Part shown: piece by piece, positions 23,042 to 34,430 of the stretch
Layout of the letters: each line of letters starts with the position of its first letter
Numbering within the stretch: the first letter of the stretch is position 1
From: Podarcis muralis
Lineage: Eukaryota
Assembly: GCF_964188315.1 (NCBI RefSeq)
Contig: NC_135657.1
Coordinates: forward strand, 64,976,001 to 65,040,000
DNA length: 64,000 bases
Direction: 5' to 3'
Position numbers and translations under genes: made by a program
The notes under the pieces: model-generated
Seen by the model: the letters and a program-made list of their open reading frames with translations, nothing else
Told to the model about the DNA's origin: nothing
Databases searched by the model: none

Positions 23042-23734
23042 GATAATACTATATGAACAGAGATTGAAAAACCAGTAGTGGGAGCACACTGGAACCAGTA
23101 TAAACAGTATTCTGTAACCAGCCATAGGCCCCATCTGCATTATACATTTAAAGCAGTATCATAACGCTTTAAACATTCATAGCTTTCCTCAAAGAATCCT
23201 GGCAACTGAAATTTGTTAAGGATGAGAATTGTTAGAAGACTCCTGCTTCACTCAGAGAGTTATGGTTCCCAGAGTGGTATAACAATCAATCCCTCTTCCC
23301 AGGAAACTTTGTGAATTTTAGCTGCCTTCTTCCTCCCCATTTCCCCCTTCATTCCCGCAAATGTCAGAGAAGGGTAAGCAGAACCAGTGGTTGGACTGGG
23401 GATCCAGTGCTGCTGCTGCCCATTTAGGACGAAGAGTCAGTCTGGGTAAGGCGGCAGCAGGAAGAGCAATGTGGAGAGGAAGAAGACATCCAGAAGTGGT
23501 GGTGGTCAGCCTGCAGATCTACTGCTCCCACTGCCAATTAGTATGGAAAGATGCCCAGGTAAGACAGCAATGGGAGGAGGAGTACAGGGAGGAGGAAAGT
23601 GATCAGTAGAAGCACTGGCCAGCCTGGGGCCCCATGATACATCACAGGACACTATTCTGTCCCCCATGCTGTTTGATATTTCTCTGAAATTGGGGGGGCC
23701 TGGTGTGCAGTGCCAACTCTGCCACTCATTTTTA

Positions 23735-24245
23735 TCTTATTCAGGTGAAGTAACTGAAGTCCTGGTGTCTGAGATGGGTGGTGAATTGGATAAAGGCCAA
23801 TAAACTGAAGATTATCAGAATAGGGAAGTGGAATTCAGTCTGAACTGGGTGGGATTGCATATCCCTTAAGAAGCAAGCACAGTTTGGAGCTGCTGTTAGT
23901 TACAGGCTTGTTCTGGGAAGCCCATGTGCATGAGGCACTGTTCATCAGCTGAGCCTGGGGAGTCAGAGCCTTCCTCACCAGAGACAACCTTGTCACTTTT
24001 ATCCATGTGTTGACATTTCACTTATATTACTGCAATGTGTTTTGCATTTGGCTGACTCAATAAATCATTCCCGAGCTTAGGTTGGTGCACAACACTGCAG
24101 CTGGATTGCCGACCGGGGCCAGGCATTCAGAAAATATATTGCCAGTCTTGAGCCAAATGCCCGGACTTCTGGCTCAATTCAAAGTGCTGATTATGGTCTT
24201 TAAAGCATGATGTGGCTTAGGACCACTGTACCTTAAGGAGTACTT
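23735..24245 (+). mobile_element. Old L2-type LINE fragment
   Basis: Decayed ORF2 C-terminal signature (TTCAAAGTGCTGATTATGGTCTTTAAAGC, i.e. FKVLIMVFK). Confidence 0.5.
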
Positions 24246-25192
24246 GAAGCAAACTTACTTCAGAAGAAAACCCACAATGGTCCTTGCAAAGGTAAAATTT
24301 GCCCTTCATGGAACTCTGAGCAGCAGACATGGGGACACCTAGCTTCCAAACCAGGCACTAGCCAGGCTCACATCTGCTAGCAATGTAACCATACCATGTG
24401 ACACCATTCTTTGTATCTAGGTCAGCATACATGTGTGTGTGCGCGCACACACACACTCATGTATTAAATAGCCAGTTCCCAATATTCTGTTCTTTCTTAT
24501 ATTCCTAGCACACACAAGCATCTGTTATAGCTACTTCCCAACATTCCCTTCTTTGACAAAAGCAAGCAGATTTCCCCAAACTAGTCCTCTCCAGATGTTT
24601 CTGGATTGCAAATCCCACCATCTTGGACCATCAGTGATGCTGGCTGGGCCATACTTCACCAGGAGTGCACCAAATTGAGGAAGGCTGCACTAGAGTGTGA
24701 TAGAAAAGTCAGACAACTGACTTGCAGAAGGAGGAGGAGACAGGGAGTAAAACCAGTTATCCTTCAGTGTTCACATAACGCTGCATCTATGGAACCTACA
24801 TAACATCTAGCCAACCCCATAAGTTACTTCATTTCTCCCATACATGAAACCAGTTCTTGGTCTAGCATGGGAGCCATGTGGATGGAGGAACACACCCTTC
24901 TTATCTCTCCATACTGCGTGCATCTGGGGAAGGAAGACTATGTCCTGACATACTGTCTAGCATCCTGAGTGTGTGTACTTTGTTCTCATAGGCAATTCTC
25001 ATGTGCATCAGGAAAGGAGGTGGTAATTATTTAGCACGTTAGTTAGTTATATGAAGGTTTTTTTTTTAAACTCCCCCTTTTTTTACTCTTTCCAAAGTAG
25101 CAAACAAATGCAAATGCCATAAAAGTAAACCTAAACAAAATAACAATAACAGAGGACTAAGATACCAAATAGCCAGTTAACGGGGATTAAAA

Positions 25193-25445
25193 TACAGTGG
25201 AACTTCGGGTTGTGAACATGATCCGTGTGGGAGGCACGTTCGCAACCCGTGGTGTTTGCAACCCGCAGTGCCGCGTCTGTGCATGTCTATGACGCGATTT
25301 GGCGCATCTGCGCATGTGCAAAGCACGATTTAGCGCTTCTGCACATGCACGAGTGCCGTAACCCGTTCCGGTACTTCCGGGTTAGGTGCGTCCGTAACCC
25401 GAAAATGCGCAACCCACAGCGATCACAACCCAAGGTATGACTGTA
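25193..25445. mobile_element. Tc1/mariner-type MITE
   Basis: TA flanks; ends CAGTGGAACTTCGGGTTG / CAACCCAAGGTATGACTG. Confidence 0.8.
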
Positions 25446-25677
25446 AACAGGAGTTAGTTACGATTACTATAACTTCACCTGGTGCCTAGAAACAGAAGTG
25501 GCTGTGGCAGCAGCTGAACAAAATAGGTACTGTACAGAAGGAAGGCTGTAGCAGAAGAGAGGTGAGAAGTGAAGAGGGAAGAATTGAAGAAGTGAAGGAG
25601 ATGGGATGAGCAGAATCCCATAGGATGAAAGGCAGGTGGGACTTCTTCCCTTCCTCTCCAAAATAGCCCTCTGTCCC

Positions 25678-25816
25678 ATCCTTCAGATTGTAAGGGCGAA
25701 TAGCCATAAAGAGAGAGGAGGGGAAAGAAATGACTGCTTACCCAATCCTTCAGATTGTAAGGGCGAATAGCCATAAAGAGAGAGGAGGGGAAAGAAATGA
25801 CTGCTTACCCAATCCT
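25678..25816. repeat. Perfect 67-bp tandem duplication
   Basis: Units start at 25678 and 25745; junction ATCCT recurs at 25812. Confidence 0.95.
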
Positions 25817-26974
25817 GGGGTGGGTGACTGCTGGACAGTCAGCTGGCATTTGTGGGCTTCCCCTGGCCAGCTGCTTAAGTGGGCAGACTTTCCCACCAGC
25901 CAGTGTTTGAATTTGGACCAATCCAGCCAGGCTGGGTGGGCATGGTTTGAGAGCAGACCAGAGTGGAGCGGGCTTCACTCTAGTCTGCCCCCAGCCAATA
26001 AAAACCTGTTGCACCTGACCCCATAACTTTTTAAAGCCCAGAACGTTGTTTTGTCCAGTTTCTTCACCTTCCTTAGTTTAGGCCTTGCTCCGTGGGAAGG
26101 GGTCGCTGCGAGTGGGTCCGCAACTTCAAACAACTTCTCCCCCAAAAGATATATATGCACTCCTATTTCTACTTGGTAATTGTAAACAGTTTTGCAGATT
26201 TTGCTTGCTTGTTTGTTGGCAGAATCTATTGTACTTTGAGCATACATGTAACATGTTAAGAAAATGGATCAGGAGAAGTTGGCTGGCGCTTTAACTGCAT
26301 CAAACTAGGTATTTACTTAACTTTAGACAGGTGATTTCTCCATATACAGACTCTCCTTCAGAGTCCTTCATAATGTAAACCTATACAGCTGATATTTTTC
26401 AATGGTTTTTCACTGTGTTGTATATAACTGAAATGGATGTTTGACTTCAGTGGAGAAGAAGATGTAGGTAAAAGGGAGTGAGTGGCTCTATTGACAATGC
26501 AGTGAGGCTACTAATTTATTTAGGCTTAGCCCCAAAGTATTTCGACAGATCCAAAGAATGAAAATTAGAAAATATTTGTTCTCTTTCTCTGAAAGGACAA
26601 TTTTCAAAAGTCCAATTTATATTTACAAGCAAGTTTGACAGCACAGGAAATCTGTGTATTGTAAAAGAGGGAGTATAAATATTTTCCCTTTTTCATTGTG
26701 ATTAATTAAATGAGCATTATTGTCGATATCCAAAGACCTGGGAGAAGAGGCACCTAAACATATGTAATGAAGGTGCCAGGTGAGCCTGCATGGAGAAAGC
26801 ATTCTACAAGCGGGGAGCCATCACAGAGCAGGCCCATTCTCATGTTGCCCACCCTCTAGACCTTTCATGGAGGAGGCACACAAAGAAGGGCCTCAGATCA
26901 TGATCACAGGGTCCAGGTTGGTTCATATGGGGAAATATGGTAAAGAATATTTGTTTGGTTGTATTGATAGCCTG

Positions 26975-27048
26975 AAGACAGGAGTGCCTGGCGTGCTCTG
27001 GTCCATGGGGTCACGAGTCGGACACGACTAAACGACTAAACAGCAACA
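26975..27048 (+). mobile_element. Very short BovB 3' insertion (~74 bp)
   Basis: BovB terminus GGACACGACTAAACGACTAAACAGCAAC; TSD ATTGATAGCCTG / ATTGATAACCTG (26963-26974, 27049-27060). Confidence 0.85.
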
Positions 27049-28299
27049 ATTGATAACCTGTTATTTTCACCATTATCTGCCTTATAAAACATTTTAAAAA
27101 CTTAATGCTGAAAGACCATTTTTGGTTTATACATAGTATGTGTACACACTATGCATTTAGAGCACATTTAAAGCACAAACCCCAAATAATCCTGGGAGCT
27201 GTAGTTTGTTAATGATGCTGGGAATTGTAGCGCTGTGAGCTATAAACAAGAGTTCTCAGAATTCTTTGGCAGGTGCGGAAAAATGTGTTTTAGATGTATG
27301 GTGTACACAACTAAAGAATGCCAAACCCCTATGAATACAGGACACAATTATGTTTAGGTTCTTTTTGAACTGGCTGCCCACTAAAGAAGAGGGTTCTTTT
27401 TTTTACCACATAGCACCATTTTATTGCATTGTGGTTGAAGTAGTTTCCCCGTTCTTCTGTTGGTTGTGGTTTAACTGTCTTAGCTTTCTCAGTCATAAGT
27501 CAAAGTCTTATAGTCTGAAACTTAAAAGAGTTTCAAAAGCAGTTTATGGTTTAGCCTGAGGTTCTGGGGCTCAAAGGAGGAAAATGTCAAAAAAATCTTC
27601 ATTGTCTGGATCCCAGACATAACATAACGTTTCACAGGTGAGGTGGATTGGATGGGAGGGGTGAACAGAAAGCAGCAGGACACCCCACCCCATCCCCAAT
27701 TCCCTCCTGATTTATTGGACTTTCTCCCTTCCCATATTCCCCATTGTTCTTTGCCTGCTTCCCAAGTTCCTGGACTGAAGTTGGGAATTGGGAGGGGGGA
27801 GGGACCAGTCCCCTTCACGTCTTACCCTCTACTTAAGTCCCATTTGGAGACAGCATGCTGCCTGCCTCTCCTCCATCAACAAATAACCCCACAACATTCT
27901 GTCTCTCATGCTGCAGATGCTCTGTGGGCAGAGGAAGAAGCACTGGACACCCCCCTCCAGGACTTGCATGTGCTGGGATTGATGGGTTTAATTATTGACA
28001 ACGAGGCTGGGGAGTTTGGAAAATACCAGCAGCATGATGAGTAATGAGCAACATATTATTACAGCCCCAAGGCTCCTTTTTATATGGCTCCCACCATTCA
28101 TTGAGATGCATAAAGAAGGCAGATGTAGCAATCCCCTTCCCAGCCATCTTCTAAAATTGCACCCGTTGGTTCTCCTTGAATATTTCCCCCCCCCCCTCTG
28201 GTCTGAAGTCAAGTAAGGGGTGTATCTGCCTTTGAAGTAAATCTTCTGCCTGATTTGCGCTGCCTGATTAGTTTGTAAGAGCGATAAGAAGCTATTCTC

Positions 28300-29750
28300 T
28301 ACCGTGCTGTTTAAACATCTGTTCTTCTGATCTCGTCATCGTCATCTGATCCCCGCGCTCGTTTTTTGGTTGTGTGTGCGCGTGCGGGGGAGGTTGTTTC
28401 ATTGTCTCCAAATCCAAGTTTAAGGACCGATATAGTTGCCTTTGAAGTCAACGGAAAAGCTTCGGTAGGGGACGAGGCCAGATGGGTGGGTGGGTTGGTG
28501 GGTGGAGGGTCAAACCAACACACTGGCGCTCGCAGCTCGGCCAGCCACACCACACCCCTGCATCCCTGAATTTTCCGTAGCTTTGGGACAAGTTCCCTAC
28601 GAAAAGAGCCCGCACCTGCAAAGAGCGCTCTCTCCCTCCCTCCCTCCCTCCCCCTCTTATTGCAGCGGACGCCAGGGGTCGCGCCTTTCACAACTCTGGA
28701 GATTCAGGGCAAGGGGGAAGGAGGGCGAGATCCTTGGGCTTTGGAGAAAGCAAACCACCTTGGGCTGAGCAGATGACGCCCAAACAACGTCCCACCATCA
28801 CCATCTAACAAATTTACCCTCAGTCCTTTCGAACTAAAGGAGACAACAACATATCCTCATATGCCAAGAAGAAGAATAAGTCAGGGCGTTGCTTTCCTTT
28901 TCCATGAGTAAGTAATATCAGATACTCTCGCGCGCTCTCGGCTGCCTGACATACGAAATGAATGAACATTTCGCATACACTGGCATACACTTAATCGCTC
29001 TGCACTCAGTGAGGGGCAGCTATGTGAGACAGCAACCCTATCCTACCCAGTTGAACTTAATGGGGCTGATCTGCGTGCCGAAGACTCCGATGTAAGCACC
29101 GCGGAGGAGAAGCGAAAGTCCAGTCCTCCGCGTTAGATCTGTGGTGCCCCACCGAGACACGCGTGCAGATCACCGCTCCATGACGTGCAAGCCTAAAGTT
29201 TGTGCGAAACAGCTCGCCCCACAGCCCCACCTCATATATGAGAGAGAAATCGGGGCTAGTTTGGTCTTGCGGAACGATTTCATTACTTCTCCTGGATAAG
29301 TCTATTTCCTGGAGTCCAGCTGTGTAGAAAACCAAATGCCGAAACGTCTTCCTCGGATCAGTCCTTAGTCAGATGCTTATTGTCTGAGAAAGAGAGAAAG
29401 AAGGTTCCCCCTTCTACGGAGGAAGCTGCCTTATACTGAACCAGAGCACCGGTCCATCTAGCTTACCACTGTTTGAACGAGGAACCTTCAGCACCTCCTT
29501 TTCTGAAAGGTGTGCTGTGCCTTCCAGTACCGTCTCCCCAACTCGACTTGCCCAGTCTGAAACCACGTCCAGATCTCGCAACAGCTCACAGGGCTCAAGG
29601 GGCAGCTCTGGAGGAAACGAGCCGCTCCGTGGCCCCGGGGCAACAAGAGGGCGTCTCGTCGTCAGCCTTTCGTTCTGGCGAAGCGGACACGAGCGTGCCC
29701 GGAGAGATCCCTCGCTAAAGCGATATTTCCAGGGCACTTTCGGTGAATCA
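28300..29750. promoter_or_regulatory. Second CpG-rich island in RSPO3 intron 1
   Basis: Dense CpG with no recognisable transposon signature; separated from the promoter island by less CpG-rich sequence. Confidence 0.6.
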
Positions 29751-31199
29751 GACCTTGTTTTCGAGAAGCCGATGCACAAAGGAAGCTTTCAAGGGATACT
29801 TGTGCCAAGGTGGGGAAAGGGAAGGCTGGGCAAAACCTAGGAAATAACCTTGTGTACTTTTGGAGGGGGGGGGCGGAATGAAAACAGGCTGCTGTGTGTG
29901 TTGGCCTCTTCCTATCAGGGCAGAGCTGTCAAGCAAGAGGGAAATACACAGCCCCTTTCACCAAGTAGTACAAAGCGCCAAAGGAAGCTCAGAAACATCT
30001 CGCCCAGCTCTCTAGGAAGGGCCTTTGGGAGGGGAGGAGGATCCTTATCGAGGTCGACGGAGGAAAGAGATTCCTAGTAGACTTTGCACGAAATGAAGAG
30101 ACCAAATTTGCACCCGCTCATCTGGGTTTATCTCATTCAACCCCTCCACCCACTCGCCCTGGCCTCTCACTTGAGGCTCATTGACGGGCAAGTCCTACCT
30201 AGGTGTTGTCTAACCTGGAAATAATGGCCCCATTCATCACAAACTTCACCAGTGTCTTCTGCGTTATCTGCCCAGGCCAATCTACTGGAATCCAAGGTTC
30301 AAACAGTGTCGCTTTGGCCTTCCTTCGGTGGGAGACTCACACACAACCCACAGCCCCACGCTTCCAACACACACACACTTCCAACGATGTCTCCGAACTC
30401 CTCCGAGGACGATGCCCGTGTGAATTAAACAGGGGCACGATCCAGGGGCACTTTTCGATCTTGCACAAACTGGGCTCCTGTCCTGTGCTTTCATCTCGCC
30501 TATTGAAATCAATGGGGCCTAAGTCCAACTTAACTCAGATGCAAACATGCAACGTGCTCAACTTTAGCCGACTCCTGCTCGCTGGTAGAACATTGTCACC
30601 ATTATTTGATGTTATTTGGTGTTTCTATTTTTCAGATTGGCCCTCTCTGCCACCTTCTGATTGTAAAAATGTGATGTTATAATTACCTACAGAGATGCGT
30701 ACACTGGGTGCTTCTCTCACCCCCAAATTTCAGAGAAATTACAAAGCCGAGCAACCACCAGGAAGAAAGAGAAAAGATGCTTGGGGCCAACGTCACCCTT
30801 CCTTTTTTATTAGGTACATCGTAGTAGCACTCATCCAAGACAGTATCAACTTGCCCCCTATCCACTTATGTGGGAGGCAGATCCCATTCAAACCGCCGGG
30901 CAAATATCACGAGGCACCCAAAGGAACCTGCGCGACCCTTTGCTGCATTACCGAGGGAGGGACAGCGAGATGCCTCCTCGATCCTGAACCACGTGTGTGT
31001 GGAATGCATTGCACAATACATAAGGAAAATAGCTTTAGTTTAATCTTTATGATAGTGTGAATCAGTGATGTGTTTCTAAGCTGGTTGGGGAAAAAGCTAC
31101 CCAAGAAGGGCGTGATCCTCCTTTGCTCCTCTATGCAAGCTTCGTTTTTTAAAAAACAAAAAAACTGCGCAGTGCGATCCTATCCACGTTCCTTGGAGA

Positions 31200-32830
31200 C
31201 AAGTCTCCTTGAGTTCCGCAGCCCTGTGCGCGGCGTTTAATGGAGAAGAGACCAGCGGCACTTCTTAGCGCTGCGCGGCTAAGGAACAGCGTAGTTCACC
31301 GAGGCTGCAAGCGAGCCAATATGCAGAGGGTCGGGTTGCCCGAGACCTGCTGCTGCCGTACCAAAATACCTTTCCCCCCTTCAGCGTGTCTCCCCCTGGG
31401 ACATCCCCGGCACCACGAGAGAAGCGAGAGATCCTCAACAGGTGATCTCCATCCCCTTCCCAGCCCCGCTTCAGAAGAGACCCAGGAAAAAGGGCGCACT
31501 TACTTCCCTGCCGCCGGACTCTGGAAGGGTTCTGCTGGCTGCCGACGTATTCCATCAAGTTCAAAGTGATAAAGACCCAAGAAACCAGTCGCAATTGCAT
31601 AGTAACCCTGTAAGAAGTTCCCGTCTCTCGTCCTTTTCGGAGGGGAAGGAAGAGGAGGCGGCGGAGTGGGGAGGGAGGGGGGAGGGCGGCAGAAATACCT
31701 GCCTGGGAGGCGAGGGCTCCCGAGCGTCTTCTTGTTTACAAACAAGCGAGCCAACAAATGTCACTGGCGGCGGCGGCGGCGCGCGGGCTCTTAATTATTG
31801 CACTTTCAAGTCGCCCCGACGATGGCCTCCCGGCAGCCTCCTCGGAAGGGCGGCGAAAGAGAACGGCGGGAACCCGGGAGCGAGGCGCCTGGTCGATGTC
31901 AGGGCAGGTACCATGTTGCGAGGGGGTGGGGGTGGGGGGGAAGAGGGCAGTATGAGGGTTGGGCAAAGGTTGGTCGTGGCGCGGGGCGCTCCCACCCGGC
32001 TCCGGCTACAGGTCGGCGCTCCCAGTCAGAAATTCCATGGGCAGGTGTGCCTTCCTCTTGGGCGCTGCTCACCTTCGCTGAGGAACCCCATAGAGAAGGG
32101 CAAGGGGAGGCGCGGGGAAGGAGCCCAGGCAGCTGATGGTGGTTGCGGGGCCGGCGAGCCGGTGGCAGCGCTTTTCCCTCCGCGTCAGGGCTGAGCGCGC
32201 CCTCCTCGGACCTGGCTGGGAGCTGTCGCCTCAGACGCCTCGAAGCCCAGCAGCATCTTTCTGAGGGAAGGCGTGGGTAGTAGGAGCGCCGCCTCAGCTA
32301 CACTAGGCGTGAGGCGCCTCAGAGCGCGAGGAGCGTTAGAGAAGCGGCTCCGTTCCCAGCGGGGCGGGGGGCGAACGACAGCAGCAGCAGCAGCCCCTCA
32401 GACCGTCCCTCGCAACAGCCGGAGTCGGAGCAAAGCTTCTTTCCGCTGCCTTCGCGGACTCTGCCTGCGAGCGAGAGCGAGAGAGCGCTTCCCACTTACT
32501 CCTCCCTCTCCGGGAGTCCAGGGGTATTTTTGAAGCCCGCGTCGAAGTGTGGAAAGCAAAACTCCAATCGGACGCGCAGCCGCCTGGGCGAGGAACTTCC
32601 AATCGCTGGCAGGCGGCTTTGGCTCTAGCTGCCGAGGGAGGGACAAGGCGCGCGACGGCAGCGGGGAAACGCGCGCGTGCGTGTGGGGGGTGCGAGAGCG
32701 CGCCCAGAAGGCTCGCTTCTTGCTGATGCCGGGGCGTCGCTCGCCGTCGCCTTCGCTTCCCACACAATTCGAGGAGCCACACGCTTTTCTCTGTCAGTAT
32801 AGGGGGTTGGGGGGGGGAGTTAGTGTGCAT
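31200..32830. promoter_or_regulatory. CpG island over RSPO3 exon 1, 5' UTR and promoter
   Basis: Very GC- and CpG-rich against an AT-rich background; (GGC)n at ~31766-31780; two CCAAT boxes at 32564 and 32599. TSS not determinable from sequence. Confidence 0.8.
31504..31600 (-). CDS. RSPO3: R-spondin 3 coding exon 1 (signal peptide, 97 nt)
   Basis: ATG at 31600 (GGTTACTATG) encodes MQLRLVSWVFITLNLMEYVGSQQNPSRVRRQG, matching recalled human RSPO3 MHLRLISWLFIILNFMEYIGSQNASRGRRQRR. Phase-1 donor A|GTAAGT at 31503. Confidence 0.96.
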
Positions 32831-33221
32831 GATGCCTGAGCGTGTCCTCATGAAACATTTCTTGGGGCCAACTAACAAGGACAAAGCAGCGAGTGCAGCT
32901 AGATTTCAGATTTCACAGAAGTCGGTCAGCCCCCCCCCCCTTTGATGATTAGAGATAAGAAGCTGCGTTGTACTGAGGGCGCTCCCTCCCAGGCGGTCAC
33001 TTTTTTGAGGGATTTAATCACATACAGTATAGGCAGATTCATGTTGCACAGTTAGAATCGATAGGGAGGGCTTGCGCAACAAACCTGCCCCCTCCCCCAG
33101 ATTGGACTTTCTCCAATAAGTGGGAAAAACTGGGTTGGGGAAAGTGTGGGGTAATACCTGCTTTGATGCACTGTCCTCTAGTCTCCCCATTAACAAATTA
33201 GAGTGAATGCTCATTAAATAT

Positions 33222-33925
33222 CTTTATTATCTTTATTTATATCCCACCTTTTCCCCCAGACAAAGGACTCAATGTGGCTTACAGATAAGACAAAAACACA
33301 GATAAAATAGAAAAGGCTAAAAATATAGAAGAGACAGTCATTAAAAAGTAATTAAACACTAATGGAATCTGTTTATAATAATAGACAATAATAAGATCTA
33401 TTAAAAATGATATAATAATGATAAAAACATCACAGTAGACCTTTCCTTTAAAAGAGTCGGTTCCTAAAGGACTTTTGGAATAAAAAGGTATCCATCTGCT
33501 GGCAAAAGGAAAACAAGGAAGAGGCTAGTCAAACTTCTTATCAGAGCGGGGAAGTTCCAAATTCTAAGAGCAGCCACCAAAAAGGTCCTCTCCATTGTCC
33601 GTACCAAGCATGCCTGTGAGAGTGGCAGAACTCAGAGAAGGGTCTCCCATGAAGATCTCAGAGCCCAGACAGGTTCAAATGAGAGAATACAGTCTTTCAT
33701 CTTGAACCTAAGCCATATAGAGCTTAATAGGTCATAACCAGCACTTTGAATTGTGCCTGGAAACAGATTGGTAGCCAGTGGAGCTGTTGGAACAAAGCCA
33801 TCATATGCTCCCCATAACTAGCCCTGATCAACTGTCTGGCTGCGGCTCTTTGGGCCAGTTGAAGCTTCTGAGCACTTTTCAAAGGCAGCCCCACATAGAG
33901 CGCATTACAGCAATCCAAATGGAAT
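33222..33925 (-). mobile_element. L2-type LINE 3' portion
   Basis: DCCNALYVGLPLKSAQKLQLAQRAAAR...LHWLPICFQAQFKVLVMTY; (ATAA)-rich tail near 33230. Confidence 0.85.
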
Positions 33926-34277
33926 GATTTGTGTCGCTATGGTCAAATCAAACATTTCCAGAAATGGGTGCAGCTGGTGCAGTAGTTTTGAGAAGAGGCA
34001 GTTTGAATATTGTTAAATGCAATTGTTGTTTTTATATATGCTTCCTAAACCTTGAGTCCCTGACCCAAGGTACTCATTTACACACTGAGACCTCCGAGTA
34101 TAGGGTGGTATATAAATTCAATCAATCAATAACTGTGCAAATGCACTCCTGGCCTCTGCAGAGACCTGGGCATCCAGGCTCAGGACTAAGTCCAGGAGCA
34201 CATTCAGGAGCCAACACCATCTAATATCTTGGCAAACAAGTCAGGATGGAATGCTCATTAAACAGGTCATCTGGAAG

Positions 34278-34430
34278 TGCCCTGAATCAGACTACTGGTC
34301 CTCTAGTTCGGTGTTATCTGCATACTGACTGGCAGCAGCACTTCAGGGTTTCAGGTAGGGAGCTGACCCTAGCCTTACCTGGACTTTCCATATGCTGATC
34401 ATGTGTTCATCTACTAATCCGTCACCAAGT
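34278..34430 (-). mobile_element. Decayed squamate SINE (Squam3-like)
   Basis: Resembles recalled consensus (CCTGAAACCCTG...GCTGCCAGTCAGT...ACTAGAGGACCAGTAGTCTGA on minus strand); diverged. Confidence 0.45.

Noticed and set aside
25975-26247. ORF with faint resemblance to a Copia gag N-terminus (NYQVEIGVHIYLLGEKLFEV)
   Set aside because: Few matching residues; no LTR, PBS or pol nearby. An HMM search against DUF4219/Retrotran_gag profiles would be needed.
29060-29135. CTGAT...CGAAAG suggesting a hammerhead ribozyme
   Set aside because: Core is CTGATCT rather than CUGANGA, and the three-stem geometry does not fit.
31240-32884. Many overlapping ORFs up to 250 aa, including 31798-32136 starting MHFQVAPT
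   Set aside because: Stop-poor GC-rich CpG island; Gly/Arg/Pro-rich translations on both strands with no recognisable domain. Only the RSPO3 exon 1 frame matches a known protein.
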